A stretch of DNA of 51,610 bases from Candidatus Saccharimonadales bacterium (GCA_038231155.1 JBBRLY010000009.1:1-51610), one strand, 5' to 3'; shown: positions 37,754 to 48,183, counted from the stretch's first letter. The notes: generated by a model not told the origin, from the letters alone. Made by a program: numbers and translations.

Positions 37754-39391
37754 TTAAGCATGAGGCAAATGATCATATAAATGCTCTAATGAATAATGGG
37801 TCCTGACAAGTGGTTTGATATCTTCTAAACTAACGTTTATTTTAACTCCGGGGTTAAGCGTGCCGTATGGGTCAAATATTAATTTTAATTTTTGAAATAC
37901 TTCATAAGTTACTTGACCATACATTTGCTGCAAGTATGGAGCTCGCAAGCGGCCATCGCCGTGTTCTCCACTGGTACTGCCATTCAATTCGATTACCAGC
38001 TTGTAATAATCATCGACTATTTTAAATAACTTCTGTCGATCACCAACTTGGTTCAAGTCAAGAAATGGTTGCATATGTAAGTTTGCATCAACTAAATGTC
38101 CCCAAACTCCAGTATGTAATCGATATTTATTACATATTTCATAGACTCCATTTAAATAATTATTAAATTGTTCTGGTGGAACAATCCCGTCATCAATAAT
38201 CGGTAGGGCCCGGGCATTACCTTCATTTGAAGCCATAACTGTTGAACTTGCACGTCTAATTTTCCACAATCGTTCTTTTCCGGAATTTTCGGTTTCAACA
38301 CGATAATTAACTTGGTTTTTCTTTAGGATCTTCTGAGTGCGTTTAGCCATTTTTTTCTGGACACGTTGGCTTAGGTTATCAAACTCAATTAGTAGAACTA
38401 GCTTTGGAAAAGGTTTAATTATTACTTCCTTTAATTGGCTAGGATTTTGTTTATCAATTAACTCTAAAAGTTGTTGGTCAATTAATTCGGCAGCGCTAGG
38501 TCCATCAGGTAGTTTGCGTAGTTCAGCTATAATTTCTTCGGCTAGTTTGACATCGTCTAGGTAAGCAGCAATTAAAGTCGTAGACGGGTTATAGAGTTCC
38601 GTGCTTAATTCGGCCTCAGTAATAATTCCAAGGGTACCTTCGGAACCGACAAATAGAGGAGTTAAATCAACTGAACCATCTTTGGCTTTAACCCTAGACA
38701 GGTTATAACCGGCCGTATTTTTAGTAACCGGCCTGGGTATTTGTTTGATAGTATCCAAATTTTCTTCAATTAAGGCATCAAGCGATCGATAAATTTCACC
38801 CTCAAAAGTAGCAAGCCCCAGTTTTTTGTTAAGTTCGCGCTTATTTAAACGTTTGGTTTCAATTACTTCGCCGTTTGCCAGCACAACTCTCAGTGATTTA
38901 ACGTAATTTATCATGTTGCCGTATTTAACAGATTTTTCACCACCGCAGTTATTGGCAATGGCTCCACCTACCGTGCTGAATTCTAACGAAGCCGGGAAAG
39001 GCGGTAAAAAGCGACCATGTGTATTAAGTGTTTGTTGCAACTTTCCAAAGTTTATACCTGGTTCAATAACTACCGTACCAGTTTTAGCATCAAATTCTAA
39101 TATACGGTTCATGTGTCCAGGAAATGCCATAATAATGCCACTGCCAATGGCGCTGCCGGTTCGATCAGTACCGAGTCCACGGGCTGTGATTGGAATAGAT
39201 CTTCCTCGCTCGGCAAGTTGCCAAGTAAACCTTGCCGTTTTACGTACGTCGTTTTCGTTATGCGGATACAGCACCATGGTTGGAGTCACAGTAAATATTC
39301 CAGCGTCGGTTGAATAGTATTTACGGACGTCTGCCGCGGTTAGCACTTCACCTAGTAGATGTTCCTGTAAATAGTGCGCTATTTTACTCAT
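37754..39391 (-). CDS. FAD-binding oxidoreductase (GlcD / FAD-linked D-lactate dehydrogenase family)
   Basis: TARGLGT, STVGGAIANN, GSEGTLGIIT, SGEHGDGRLR, FDPYGTLNPG. Confidence 0.9.
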   Translation of the reverse strand: MSKIAHYLQEHLLGEVLTAADVRKYYSTDAGIFTVTPTMVLYPHNENDVRKTARFTWQLAERGRSIPITARGLGTDRTGSAIGSGIIMAFPGHMNRILEFDAKTGTVVIEPGINFGKLQQTLNTHGRFLPPFPASLEFSTVGGAIANNCGGEKSVKYGNMINYVKSLRVVLANGEVIETKRLNKRELNKKLGLATFEGEIYRSLDALIEENLDTIKQIPRPVTKNTAGYNLSRVKAKDGSVDLTPLFVGSEGTLGIITEAELSTELYNPSTTLIAAYLDDVKLAEEIIAELRKLPDGPSAAELIDQQLLELIDKQNPSQLKEVIIKPFPKLVLLIEFDNLSQRVQKKMAKRTQKILKKNQVNYRVETENSGKERLWKIRRASSTVMASNEGNARALPIIDDGIVPPEQFNNYLNGVYEICNKYRLHTGVWGHLVDANLHMQPFLDLNQVGDRQKLFKIVDDYYKLVIELNGSTSGEHGDGRLRAPYLQQMYGQVTYEVFQKLKLIFDPYGTLNPGVKINVSLEDIKPLVRTHYSLEHLYDHLPHA

Positions 39392-39478
39392 AAATATGTG
39401 GCCATTAACCCTCGATATTCCGCTAGCTACTATAGCATATTTGCACCGTCTATTTAGTTGAACTACAATACAGCCGCT

Positions 39479-39565
39479 GGGCGAGTGGCGGAATTGGTAG
39501 ACGCGCTAGCTTCAGGAGCTAGTGAGAGCAATCTCGTGGAGGTTCAAGTCCTCTTTCGCCCACCA
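39479..39565 (+). tRNA. tRNA-Leu(CAG)
   Basis: GGGCGAG/TTCGCCC, CTAGC-TTCAGGA-GCTAG, long variable arm, TTCAAGT, CCA. Confidence 0.95.
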
Positions 39566-39574
39566 CAACCCATT

Positions 39575-41356
39575 TTACTTTGGCAATTTATCTTGATGAA
39601 TCATCCAATTAGTTACATTGGCGTATCGGTCTATTCCACTAGTTAGACTCGTCGGTTCAAAGCCAAACAATTGTCCTCGCGTTAAATACAAAAACCGTGG
39701 TTGATAAAGGCCAATGGCTGGTGCATCATTGCGCCAGGCATCTAAAAATGGGCGATATTTAATAGTTCTAAGTACCGGATCTAAGCGAGTACGTCCAGCT
39801 TCTAGGGCAGTATCAGCAACTGATGATTTATATTCTGAAAAATTTAAGCGGGTATCTGATCGAATATCGGCCTGTGAACTATCCCAATAAGGGAAAACAT
39901 CTGGGTCAGTACCTAACTCTATGCCGTAAAGTAGAGCGTCATAACTATGACCTGCTAGTTTAACCTTCAGATCGTCTGCTGACTGCGTTGAAATACTTAG
40001 GTCTACTCCCAAGTCACGCCATTGACTTTGTAGTTCCTTAGTTACTACCACATAGTCTCTATTATCTTGTGAAGATAACCCAAAGCTTAGTCTTTGACCA
40101 TTTTTTACACGTATACCATCGCTGCCTACTGCCCATCCATCACTGTCCAATAATTTTTTGGCTGCGCTTAGGTCAAAACTGGATTGATTATATTTTTTAT
40201 CATAGCCAAGTTGCGATTTAAGCAGCGGCCCATGTACCACTGCTACTGGATAGCCGAGGGTTTCTATTACTTTAGGTACATTAGTAGCTATTACTAAAGC
40301 TTGTCTTACTTTGACGTCAACAAGTGGTACTTGAGTAGTCTTTAAAAAGACATATACACCGCTTAGTAGTGGAGTACTGTATTCGCGGACATTACTATCG
40401 TGTTCAAGATCTGAAGGTACAGTACTTAGCCCGGCTACCCCATTTAATTCTTGTTTTATAAAACTGTTTACTAAGCTACCTTCATCTAAAAATGATCGAA
40501 TCACAAATTTATTAAGTTTAGGTTTACCGCCGACATAACCACTGAATGGAGTCAGAGCAATTTGTTCCTCACGGGTTTGGGGAGTTTGGCCGCTAACTTG
40601 TATAGCTGACCACTTGAATGGGCCGGATCCAATAGGATTAACCGTATTAAAGCTAATTGATCTAAGTTGAGAAGCATCTACATTTTTAAGTAAATGCATG
40701 GGTACAATGCCATTTGTCATAAAAAGCGGGAATGAACTAAGTGGGTCTGGTAAGCTAAAAACGATTGTCTGATTATCTAAAGCCGAGACCTTAATATCTT
40801 TCCAGGCATTAAATAATGGCGATTTAGTATCTGGGTTTTGAATTTCCTTATAGGTGAAGACCACATCTTGAGAAGTTAATGGTTGGCCATCTTGCCAGGT
40901 AAGATTCGGTCTTAAATGAACCGTGTAATTTAATTCACTGTCATCAACCGACCACTTATCGGCTAATTCACCGACTAATTTATTGTTGACGTCTTGTTTT
41001 AATAAACCGGCAAAAACTAAGCGTGAGACTCCAGCGTCAACCGGACCAGAGGCATATAACGGATTAGCGTTTGTAAAAGTACCAAGGATGCCTTCAGTAT
41101 AGGTACCCCCAGGAACTGGCTGATTAACCAAGTAGTAATTACTTAAAGCCCGCGTTTGAACAATTAATCCGCCAATTAATATAACTAACAAAAGTATCCA
41201 AGTAATGCTAAATCGAAGTATTCCGGGTAGTTTGTTTAGTCGTTTAAAAAAATGACGTTCTAGTTGATCTTCAGCTTGATAGCTTAGATCTTCAACTTGA
41301 CGTTTACCGCGGCGCAGCCGGCGCCTCCAGCGTAAACGTGTGGTGCGATCAACCAT
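39575..41356 (-). CDS. Family-5 (peptide/nickel) ABC substrate-binding protein, N-terminally anchored
   Basis: LVFAGLL...GELADKW...YTVHLRPNLTWQDGQPLTSQDVVFT; PIGSGPFKW; DVKVRQAL. Confidence 0.9.
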   Translation of the reverse strand: MVDRTTRLRWRRRLRRGKRQVEDLSYQAEDQLERHFFKRLNKLPGILRFSITWILLLVILIGGLIVQTRALSNYYLVNQPVPGGTYTEGILGTFTNANPLYASGPVDAGVSRLVFAGLLKQDVNNKLVGELADKWSVDDSELNYTVHLRPNLTWQDGQPLTSQDVVFTYKEIQNPDTKSPLFNAWKDIKVSALDNQTIVFSLPDPLSSFPLFMTNGIVPMHLLKNVDASQLRSISFNTVNPIGSGPFKWSAIQVSGQTPQTREEQIALTPFSGYVGGKPKLNKFVIRSFLDEGSLVNSFIKQELNGVAGLSTVPSDLEHDSNVREYSTPLLSGVYVFLKTTQVPLVDVKVRQALVIATNVPKVIETLGYPVAVVHGPLLKSQLGYDKKYNQSSFDLSAAKKLLDSDGWAVGSDGIRVKNGQRLSFGLSSQDNRDYVVVTKELQSQWRDLGVDLSISTQSADDLKVKLAGHSYDALLYGIELGTDPDVFPYWDSSQADIRSDTRLNFSEYKSSVADTALEAGRTRLDPVLRTIKYRPFLDAWRNDAPAIGLYQPRFLYLTRGQLFGFEPTSLTSGIDRYANVTNWMIHQDKLPK

Positions 41357-41370
41357 TATTTATAATTAAC

Positions 41371-41592
41371 TTAAGCAATAATACCTAAAATTAAAGACAG
41401 ATTGAAAACTAAAACTAATATGATTGTTAACTGGTGGAGAGTTTTATCGGTTCCGCGACGGATAGTATTAACTTCACCGGCGCTACCACCTAATCCGGCA
41501 CCTAGTGATGCACCGCGGGTTTGAATTAAAACCAGCAAACTAAGTAGTAGCATCGATCCGATGGTTATATAGTTAAAAATATTCATTTTCAT
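41371..41592 (-). CDS. secG: Preprotein translocase subunit SecG
   Basis: VLIQTRGASLGAGLGGS, RRGTDKTL, two TM helices. Confidence 0.9.
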   Translation of the reverse strand: MKMNIFNYITIGSMLLLSLLVLIQTRGASLGAGLGGSAGEVNTIRRGTDKTLHQLTIILVLVFNLSLILGIIA

Positions 41593-41605
41593 AAATTAAT
41601 TCCAT

Positions 41606-41968
41606 TTACCTTTCATCAAGTGCAGCTGTCACTAAATAGTTTACCAAGCCGATAATAATACCTGCAAGCATGGCAGAGCCAAAACTACTAACAAATAAGG
41701 GGTGATAAAGTTTACTAACTAGTTCCACCATCAGCCCATTAATCACAATAATAAATAGTCCAAGGCTAAATAAAATAGCCGGAAGCGACAGTATTACGAC
41801 TATTGGTTTAATTATTGCATTAACAATCGCCAGAATAAATCCGGATACAATAATGACCATTGGACGGTTATCATAGCTAATTCGGCCGTCAAGTAGTCCA
41901 GCAGCAATCCATAGTCCTAAACTACAGACAATCCACCTTAGTAAAAACCGTATAAAAGGGTGAGTCAT
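41606..41968 (-). CDS. YvlD/DUF360 four-TM protein (often annotated as phage holin family)
   Basis: LAIVNAIIKP..ILSLP...SLGLF..VING motif. Confidence 0.85.
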   Translation of the reverse strand: MTHPFIRFLLRWIVCSLGLWIAAGLLDGRISYDNRPMVIIVSGFILAIVNAIIKPIVVILSLPAILFSLGLFIIVINGLMVELVSKLYHPLFVSSFGSAMLAGIIIGLVNYLVTAALDER

Positions 41969-41983
41969 TATTTATGCTTAATT

Positions 41984-43228
41984 TTACCATAGCTGTTTAG
42001 GTAGTCGCCGGCTTAATACTTTATTGCCAGAATCTGTTATCAAGACGTCGTCTTCTAGGCGAACTCCAATGTTCTGAGCCTGAATATAGATTCCCGGTTC
42101 TACCGTTAAAACCATATTGGGTTCCAGCGGTTTTTTATAATCACCAATATCGTGAGCATCTAGGCCCAAGAAGTGTGATGTACCATGAGGATAGTACTGA
42201 CGGACATTTTGACGATTAATAGATTTTATCAATTGTAATTCGCGTAGTTTTTCTCCCATAAAGTTTTCAACCTCCTGCTCATATTCACGCAGACTAACAC
42301 CAGGTTTTAATAGATCGACAGCATGAATTTGAACTTGTTGGACAGCTTCATAAACTAATCTTTGTTTTTTAGTCGGTTCCTTTAAAGAATATGTACGAGT
42401 AATATCGGCTGCGTAATTGTCTACTTCAGCGCCAGCATCTATAAGTAACAGCTTTTTCGTATCAATCTGGTCGTTATTAGCTACGTAGTGTAGGGTGCAG
42501 GTATTAAGACCACCGGCCACAATTGGTTCATAGCTATGTCCACTGGCACCTTGGCGTCTAAAATCTCGCGTTAAATCAGCTTCTATTTGGTATTCGTATT
42601 GATATTTTGATAACTTCGTTTTAATCGATTTAAAGGATGCAGTTGTAATATCTATAGCCGATTGAATAGCATTAATCTCTTCAGGCTGTTTGATGGATCT
42701 CAATTTTATAAAATGAGCTCTTAAATCAAGTAGCTCGGCATTAGGCGCTATTTGAATTAAGTGCTTAGCTAAGATTGCTCGAGCTGGATTAGTATAAAAC
42801 CCCTGACGTTTAACATAAACCGGCCCAGGACTTATGGTAGCGATGTGACGGACTTTGTTTAATCGTGACTTTAGCTGCTTCCAGCCTTCTTTATTCTCAA
42901 ATATGGCATTTATGCCAGAGCGCTTTGATAAGCTTTCTGTTTCAGTCTTGCCATCAAAGATGTCTTGAAGCGGATCGCGCCACGGTAATATCAGGTACTC
43001 ACGTCCTTTATCGATTACTAAAGTTAAGTCAGGGTTATTTAAACCAGTCAGATACCAAAAATTACTATCTTGTCTAAAGCTTAAGGTTGTATCGGCATTC
43101 CTTTGAACCAATCCATTAGCCGTAATAACTATAGGTGCCGTACCAGTAAATAAAGACCGTAGCTTTTCACGGTTACTTTTAAAAAACTCCGCCGTAAAAT
43201 GCGATTTCATTCTCTTAGAGGGTATCAT
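41984..43228 (-). CDS. pepP: Xaa-Pro aminopeptidase (M24)
   Basis: FRQDSNFWYLTG; metal ligands in LIDAG, YAADITRT, HFLGLDAHD, EPGIY, RLEDD. Confidence 0.92.
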   Translation of the reverse strand: MIPSKRMKSHFTAEFFKSNREKLRSLFTGTAPIVITANGLVQRNADTTLSFRQDSNFWYLTGLNNPDLTLVIDKGREYLILPWRDPLQDIFDGKTETESLSKRSGINAIFENKEGWKQLKSRLNKVRHIATISPGPVYVKRQGFYTNPARAILAKHLIQIAPNAELLDLRAHFIKLRSIKQPEEINAIQSAIDITTASFKSIKTKLSKYQYEYQIEADLTRDFRRQGASGHSYEPIVAGGLNTCTLHYVANNDQIDTKKLLLIDAGAEVDNYAADITRTYSLKEPTKKQRLVYEAVQQVQIHAVDLLKPGVSLREYEQEVENFMGEKLRELQLIKSINRQNVRQYYPHGTSHFLGLDAHDIGDYKKPLEPNMVLTVEPGIYIQAQNIGVRLEDDVLITDSGNKVLSRRLPKQLW

Positions 43229-43253
43229 AACTTGGTTAATTTTATGCCAGTGG

Positions 43254-44774
43254 TTAATTTATTGACTGAATATCTTTGGACTTGAGCAAGTTGGCTTTTG
43301 TTGATCCAACTACTGCGGACAACTCCGGATGGCTAGCTTGCATAACTGCGCGAGTGGAGCCAAATGCTTTAATTAGTTTTTTACGTGTAGCTGGACCAAT
43401 ACCTGGTATTTCATCGAGTAAACTGGCAGTTTGCTGCTTGCGTTTAAGAGTGCTGTGATAGCTGACTGCAAAACGGTGGGATTCATCTCGGATTCTTTGT
43501 AACAACTTTACTAAATTAGTGTTATGTGGCAAAGATATCAGTATAAAGTCTTTACTTTCATTAATAAATCCAACGAGTCTGTGAAGTGTTTCAAGATTAA
43601 TTTCTATATGAGAACTTGGTTGTTGATCGTTTAGTTCTTTACGAATAACGATTTGCTCTTCCCTTTTAGCCAAACCAATGAACGGAATTTCAATTAATCC
43701 GGCTTTATTTCTAGCCTTTATAGCGGCATCTAATTGACCTTTGCCACCGTCAATTAATACCAAATCTGGAGTTCCCCATTTTTTAATATTGCGATCAGCA
43801 AGACGCCGGGTTATGGTTTCATTCATATTGGCAAAATCGTCGTTACGGTTACGGTAAGTTTTAAATTTTCGGTATTCTCTTTTATTGCTTGTGCCATTAG
43901 TAAACACCACCATACTAGCGACCACGTTTGATCCACTCATATGACTAATGTCGTAGCCTTCAATTCTTTTAGGGAAATTTTTTAGACTAAGCAACTCAAC
44001 TAGTTCAGCTAGAGCGTGATCCTTACTTATATCTATAAATTCTGAATCGCTAAAGATTGGTTTTTGACTCAAGTTTTGTAATGCCAAAAGTTGGTTGCGG
44101 ATTTTAGCAGCTTGTTCGAAGTTCTGAGATTTAGCTAGTTTATTCATGTCTTTGGCAAGTTCTTTTTCAATTACACTACGTTTACCTTCAATCACAGAAA
44201 TTAAGCGACGTAAATTGGTTCGATAATCCTTAAGTTTCGTCTTACCTTCTTCCAGACCGGGATCTAAGCCAATATGATAATGTAAATTGGCTCGTTTTTG
44301 GCCGAATGTTTGGCGGGTGGCGTAAGGAAAAATGCGGCGCAGTAATCTTAAGGCTTGGCGAATATTAAATGCACTTAGATATGGACCATAATACTTGGCT
44401 TTATCGTCGAGGGGGCGACGATTTAAGCTAACCGTCGGATAATCACTATCGTAATCAATCCGAATATAAACCATAGATTTATCATCGCGCAGCAATATAT
44501 TAAAACGCGGTAAATAACGGCGTACCAGTTCCGCCTCTAAAAATAAGGCATCGATTTCACTATCAACAACTACCCAGTCAATATCTCTTATTTCGCTAAC
44601 AAGCAGATCAGTTTTAGGATCTCGCGTTCGGCTAGCTTGAAAATATTGTTTTACACGGTTTTTAAGATTAGCGGCTTTGCCAATATAAATAATTTCACCC
44701 CTTGTATCTTTATGAAAATAGACACCTGGGTTAGTTGGTAATTCGCTTAGTTTAGTTTGAAGCTTATCCACCAT
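43254..44774 (-). CDS. uvrC: Excinuclease ABC subunit C
   Basis: GIY-YIG (PGVYF..IIYIGKAANLKNRV), RIEGYDISH, LIDGGKGQL, QRIRDESHRFA, HhH IPGIGP. Confidence 0.96.
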   Translation of the reverse strand: MVDKLQTKLSELPTNPGVYFHKDTRGEIIYIGKAANLKNRVKQYFQASRTRDPKTDLLVSEIRDIDWVVVDSEIDALFLEAELVRRYLPRFNILLRDDKSMVYIRIDYDSDYPTVSLNRRPLDDKAKYYGPYLSAFNIRQALRLLRRIFPYATRQTFGQKRANLHYHIGLDPGLEEGKTKLKDYRTNLRRLISVIEGKRSVIEKELAKDMNKLAKSQNFEQAAKIRNQLLALQNLSQKPIFSDSEFIDISKDHALAELVELLSLKNFPKRIEGYDISHMSGSNVVASMVVFTNGTSNKREYRKFKTYRNRNDDFANMNETITRRLADRNIKKWGTPDLVLIDGGKGQLDAAIKARNKAGLIEIPFIGLAKREEQIVIRKELNDQQPSSHIEINLETLHRLVGFINESKDFILISLPHNTNLVKLLQRIRDESHRFAVSYHSTLKRKQQTASLLDEIPGIGPATRKKLIKAFGSTRAVMQASHPELSAVVGSTKANLLKSKDIQSIN

Positions 44775-44852
44775 ATTATTATACAGAGATAGCTCTCTGT
44801 TGACAGATAGGTTATAATAGCGACTAATGTTAAATTAAAGGAAAGGGGCTTT

Positions 44853-44918
44853 GTGTTAAATCAAAATCAGTTTAAAGATGGCTACTACGCCCCTATTGGC
44901 AAATTAGCCAGCCTTTAA
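44853..44918 (+). CDS. Candidate 21-aa leader peptide MLNQNQFKDGYYAPIGKLASL upstream of the ABC exporter
   Basis: TATAAT at 44813-18, AAAGGAAAGGGG SD, GTG start, TAA stop 61 nt before the transporter ATG. Confidence 0.45.
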   Translation: MLNQNQFKDGYYAPIGKLASL

Positions 44919-44979
44919 ATATAAAAATCTTTTTAGTTTAAGTTTGTTTAATTAAAAAGGGCAGCGGGAGGCTGTGCCT

Positions 44980-46761
44980 ATGAAATCTAGATCACTAACT
45001 TATAAAACTTTAGCTGCCTATTGGCAGCATATCCGGAAATACCCAACATATGTGGTTGGTGTGTTGATATTTGTACCTTTGACAGAACTAGTTTATCAAT
45101 TTATACCGCCGTTAATTCTTGCCAATGTACTGGATAGACTAAGTCGTCATGCTTACACGCCCCATAATATTTGGGGAAGTTTTGGTGGTAGTTTAGTTGA
45201 GTATGCCTTTTTTATTTTGTTTGGCAGTGTAGTCGCCTGGCGGGTGGTTGATATTTTTGTCTGGAAGCTAGAAGCCAACGTCGAAAAAGATATGGCTATG
45301 CATATTTTTAATCACTTGCTGGCTCAGAGTGCTGGATTTCATGCAAATCGATTCGGTGGTTCTTTAGTCTCACAAACTAATAAATTACTTGGTTCGTATA
45401 TTAGATTTGCCGATACCACCATATTCCAGGTGATGACGTTATTATCCAGCCTAATATGGGCTTCAGTTATACTTAGCAAGCGGGCTCCGTTATATGCCGT
45501 AATATTGCCAGTTTTTTCAATAATCTTTGTATTGGCGGCCTTTCATGCAACTAAAAATGTCCGCAAATTAAGCGCCAAACAAGCCAGTGCTGAAAGTAAA
45601 CAAACTGGATACTTGGCCGATGGTATTACTAATGTAATGGCTATTAAAAGTTTTGCTGGGTCGCAGTTTGAGAATCAGCAGTTCGATAAAATTACCGATA
45701 AAACCCAACAACGAACCTTTGATTTAATGCGCGGTAGTCAAAAGCATATGATTTTCTTAAGCGCTTCGAGTAGTCCGATATCAGCTTTAGCTTTATTTAT
45801 GGCCGTAGTTGGAGTGATGGTTTTTCATGCGAACCTAGCCACGGTGTTTTTAATCTTTAGCTACACGACATTGATTGTCCGTCAGCTATGGGATTTTGGA
45901 AATACTTCACTTCGAAATTACAACCGATCTTTTGGTGACGCTAGTGATATGGTAGAAATGCTGCAAATTGAACCTGATGTAAAAGATCCAGTTAAGCTAG
46001 AACAATCACATATTAAAGACGGTGTAATTGAATTTAGAAACGTTGATTTTACGCATGAGGATGCTGGTGAAGCCTTATTTCATAAGTTGAGTGTTTCAAT
46101 TGCCGCCGGTGAAAAAGTTGGACTGGTTGGTCGTTCCGGCTCAGGTAAAACTACTTTTACTAGGTTACTTCTGCGCTTTAGCGATATCGATGGTGGTGAG
46201 ATATTAATCGACAGTCAAAATATTGCCCATATCACCCAAGATGACTTACGCCGCCATATTGCCTATGTGCCTCAGGAACCAATAATGTTTCATCGCACGC
46301 TTACTGAGAATATTAGTTATGGTAAGCAAAATGCTACAGATGCGGAAATTAAGTCGGCCTCCAAAGTAGCCCATGCTGATGAGTTCATAAAAAAGTTACC
46401 GCTTAGTTACGAGACATTAGTAGGTGAGCGAGGAGTCAAGCTGTCTGGTGGTCAACGCCAGCGAATTGCAATTGCTCGGGCAATGTTAAAAGACTCACCA
46501 ATTTTACTTCTTGATGAAGCTACCAGTGCTCTAGATTCTGAAAGTGAGAAGCTCATTCAAGATGCCCTATGGAAACTAATGGAAGGTCGCACTGCTATAG
46601 TAATTGCTCACCGCTTGAGCACGGTTCAAAAGATGGATCGAATTGTGGTTTTAGAAGACGGTAAAATAGTTGAGCAAGGATCACATAATAATCTATTGGC
46701 TAAAAAAGGTGTCTATGCTGGGCTGTGGAAACATCAGTCCGGTGGCTTCTTAGACGATTAG
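44980..46761 (+). CDS. ABC exporter, fused permease plus ATP-binding domain (likely ATG at 44980)
   Basis: Six-TM N-terminal domain; GRSGSGKTT, LSGGQRQRIAIAR, LLLDEATSALD, IAHRLST. Confidence 0.95.
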   Translation: MKSRSLTYKTLAAYWQHIRKYPTYVVGVLIFVPLTELVYQFIPPLILANVLDRLSRHAYTPHNIWGSFGGSLVEYAFFILFGSVVAWRVVDIFVWKLEANVEKDMAMHIFNHLLAQSAGFHANRFGGSLVSQTNKLLGSYIRFADTTIFQVMTLLSSLIWASVILSKRAPLYAVILPVFSIIFVLAAFHATKNVRKLSAKQASAESKQTGYLADGITNVMAIKSFAGSQFENQQFDKITDKTQQRTFDLMRGSQKHMIFLSASSSPISALALFMAVVGVMVFHANLATVFLIFSYTTLIVRQLWDFGNTSLRNYNRSFGDASDMVEMLQIEPDVKDPVKLEQSHIKDGVIEFRNVDFTHEDAGEALFHKLSVSIAAGEKVGLVGRSGSGKTTFTRLLLRFSDIDGGEILIDSQNIAHITQDDLRRHIAYVPQEPIMFHRTLTENISYGKQNATDAEIKSASKVAHADEFIKKLPLSYETLVGERGVKLSGGQRQRIAIARAMLKDSPILLLDEATSALDSESEKLIQDALWKLMEGRTAIVIAHRLSTVQKMDRIVVLEDGKIVEQGSHNNLLAKKGVYAGLWKHQSGGFLDD

Positions 46762-46794
46762 CTTGGTCTCTAACAACCTTAATTACGTTAGCGA

Positions 46795-47487
46795 CTATTC
46801 ATCATCAGCTGAGGCTTTAATTTTAGCAGATTTTGCGGTTGTTTCGCCTTCTTCAGTAGTGGTCTCACCTTCAGCAGCATCACCCTCTTCACCTTCTTCG
46901 GTTTCTTCTTCAGCTTGTTCGGAGATTTCAGCTTTGGTTTCCTCAATTGTAGCTACCGGATGATCAAGTTCAGTCAGAATTTCTACGCCGACTGGAACTT
47001 TGATGTCGGCTACGGTAATCTTGTCACCAATTTCAACTAAGCTGGTGGCATCTACTCTCAGCTCATCAATCAGGTCTTTAGGAAGTGCTTCTATTTCAAC
47101 ACTGTCTAAATTGGTAATTAGCATTAAACCGGTTTTAACAGCTGGGATTTCACCTTCTAAATGCAGGGGTACTTCAGTCTGGACTTTTTGGTCCTGTTTT
47201 ATAGCATTAAATACGACGTGACGCATTTGATGCTTTTTAGGGTCAAAATCAACATCTTTAATAAGTGCCATGTAGGTTTGTTTACCAAGACTTAGTGATA
47301 AGGGATGATGCTTGCCGGCTTTACCATATACTTTCATTAAATCGATATAAGGGGCCATAACTACTTTAGATGGTTGGCCGTGGTCATGAATTACCGCTGG
47401 TATAAAACCTTCACGGCGTAAATGTTTAACTTTTTTGCCCAATACTTCACGTTCCTTTAAAGCTAAGGCAATTTCTTCGTTGCTCAT
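46795..47487 (-). CDS. rplY: 50S ribosomal protein L25/Ctc with an acidic tail
   Basis: GKKVKHLRREGFIPAVI, IKDVDFDP, VQTEVPLHLEGE.PAVK.G. Confidence 0.95.
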   Translation of the reverse strand: MSNEEIALALKEREVLGKKVKHLRREGFIPAVIHDHGQPSKVVMAPYIDLMKVYGKAGKHHPLSLSLGKQTYMALIKDVDFDPKKHQMRHVVFNAIKQDQKVQTEVPLHLEGEIPAVKTGLMLITNLDSVEIEALPKDLIDELRVDATSLVEIGDKITVADIKVPVGVEILTELDHPVATIEETKAEISEQAEEETEEGEEGDAAEGETTTEEGETTAKSAKIKASADDE

Positions 47488-47553
47488 GAATACTCCTAAT
47501 TCCGTACTATTATAACAGATAAGCTTAGCATTTTATGTGTTATTCTCATAGAT

Positions 47554-48183
47554 ATGCTTGACGTGAAGCACATTATTGAAAGTGGTGGGTTGCTACTTAT
47601 AGCATTTATTATTTTTGCAGAGTCCGGCTTATTGGTAGGTTTCTTTCTGCCGGGCGACACATTACTATTTACGGCTGGTTTTTTTGCTGCCCAGGGTAAA
47701 TTACCGCTACTTTGGTTGATACTAGTATTAATCGTGGCAGCTGTAGCTGGTTACGAGGTCGGTTACCAGATTGGACATAAATGGGGCAAGCGCTTATTTA
47801 AAAAAGAAGATGGTATTATTTTTCGGCGAGAATATTTACTTAGATCACAACTGTTTTATGAAAAGCACGGTGGTAAAACCGTCATGCTATCACGTTTTGT
47901 GCCAGTAGTACGGACTTTTGCGCCGATAGTAGCCGGTATTGGCGATATGCCCAAAAAGCGTTTTAGCATATTTAATCTACTGGGCGCCGTGGTTTGGATT
48001 ATAGGGGTTGTGACACTTGGTCATTATTTAGGAAGCCGCATTCCCAACATCGATAAATATTTATTGCCGGTTATATTACTAGCAATGATAGTTAGCTTTG
48101 GGCCGACTATTTATCACCTGGTTACTGATAAAAAAATCCGCCAAAAGTTAGCTGGCAGCATCAAGCGTCTGGTCCATCGTTAA
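47554..48183 (+). CDS. dedA: DedA/VTT-family membrane protein
   Basis: FAESGLLVGFFLPGDTLLFTAG, FYEKHGGKTVMLSRFVPVVRTFAPIVAG. Confidence 0.93.
   Translation: MLDVKHIIESGGLLLIAFIIFAESGLLVGFFLPGDTLLFTAGFFAAQGKLPLLWLILVLIVAAVAGYEVGYQIGHKWGKRLFKKEDGIIFRREYLLRSQLFYEKHGGKTVMLSRFVPVVRTFAPIVAGIGDMPKKRFSIFNLLGAVVWIIGVVTLGHYLGSRIPNIDKYLLPVILLAMIVSFGPTIYHLVTDKKIRQKLAGSIKRLVHR

Noticed and set aside
39458-39646. 62-aa ORF
   Set aside because: It runs through tRNA-Leu(CAG), so it is spurious. The same applies to 36332-36535, which overlaps tRNA-Gly.
41606-41968. Holin-family annotation as evidence of a prophage
   Set aside because: It is the chromosomal YvlD/DUF360 family, flanked by secG and pepP, with no phage genes nearby.
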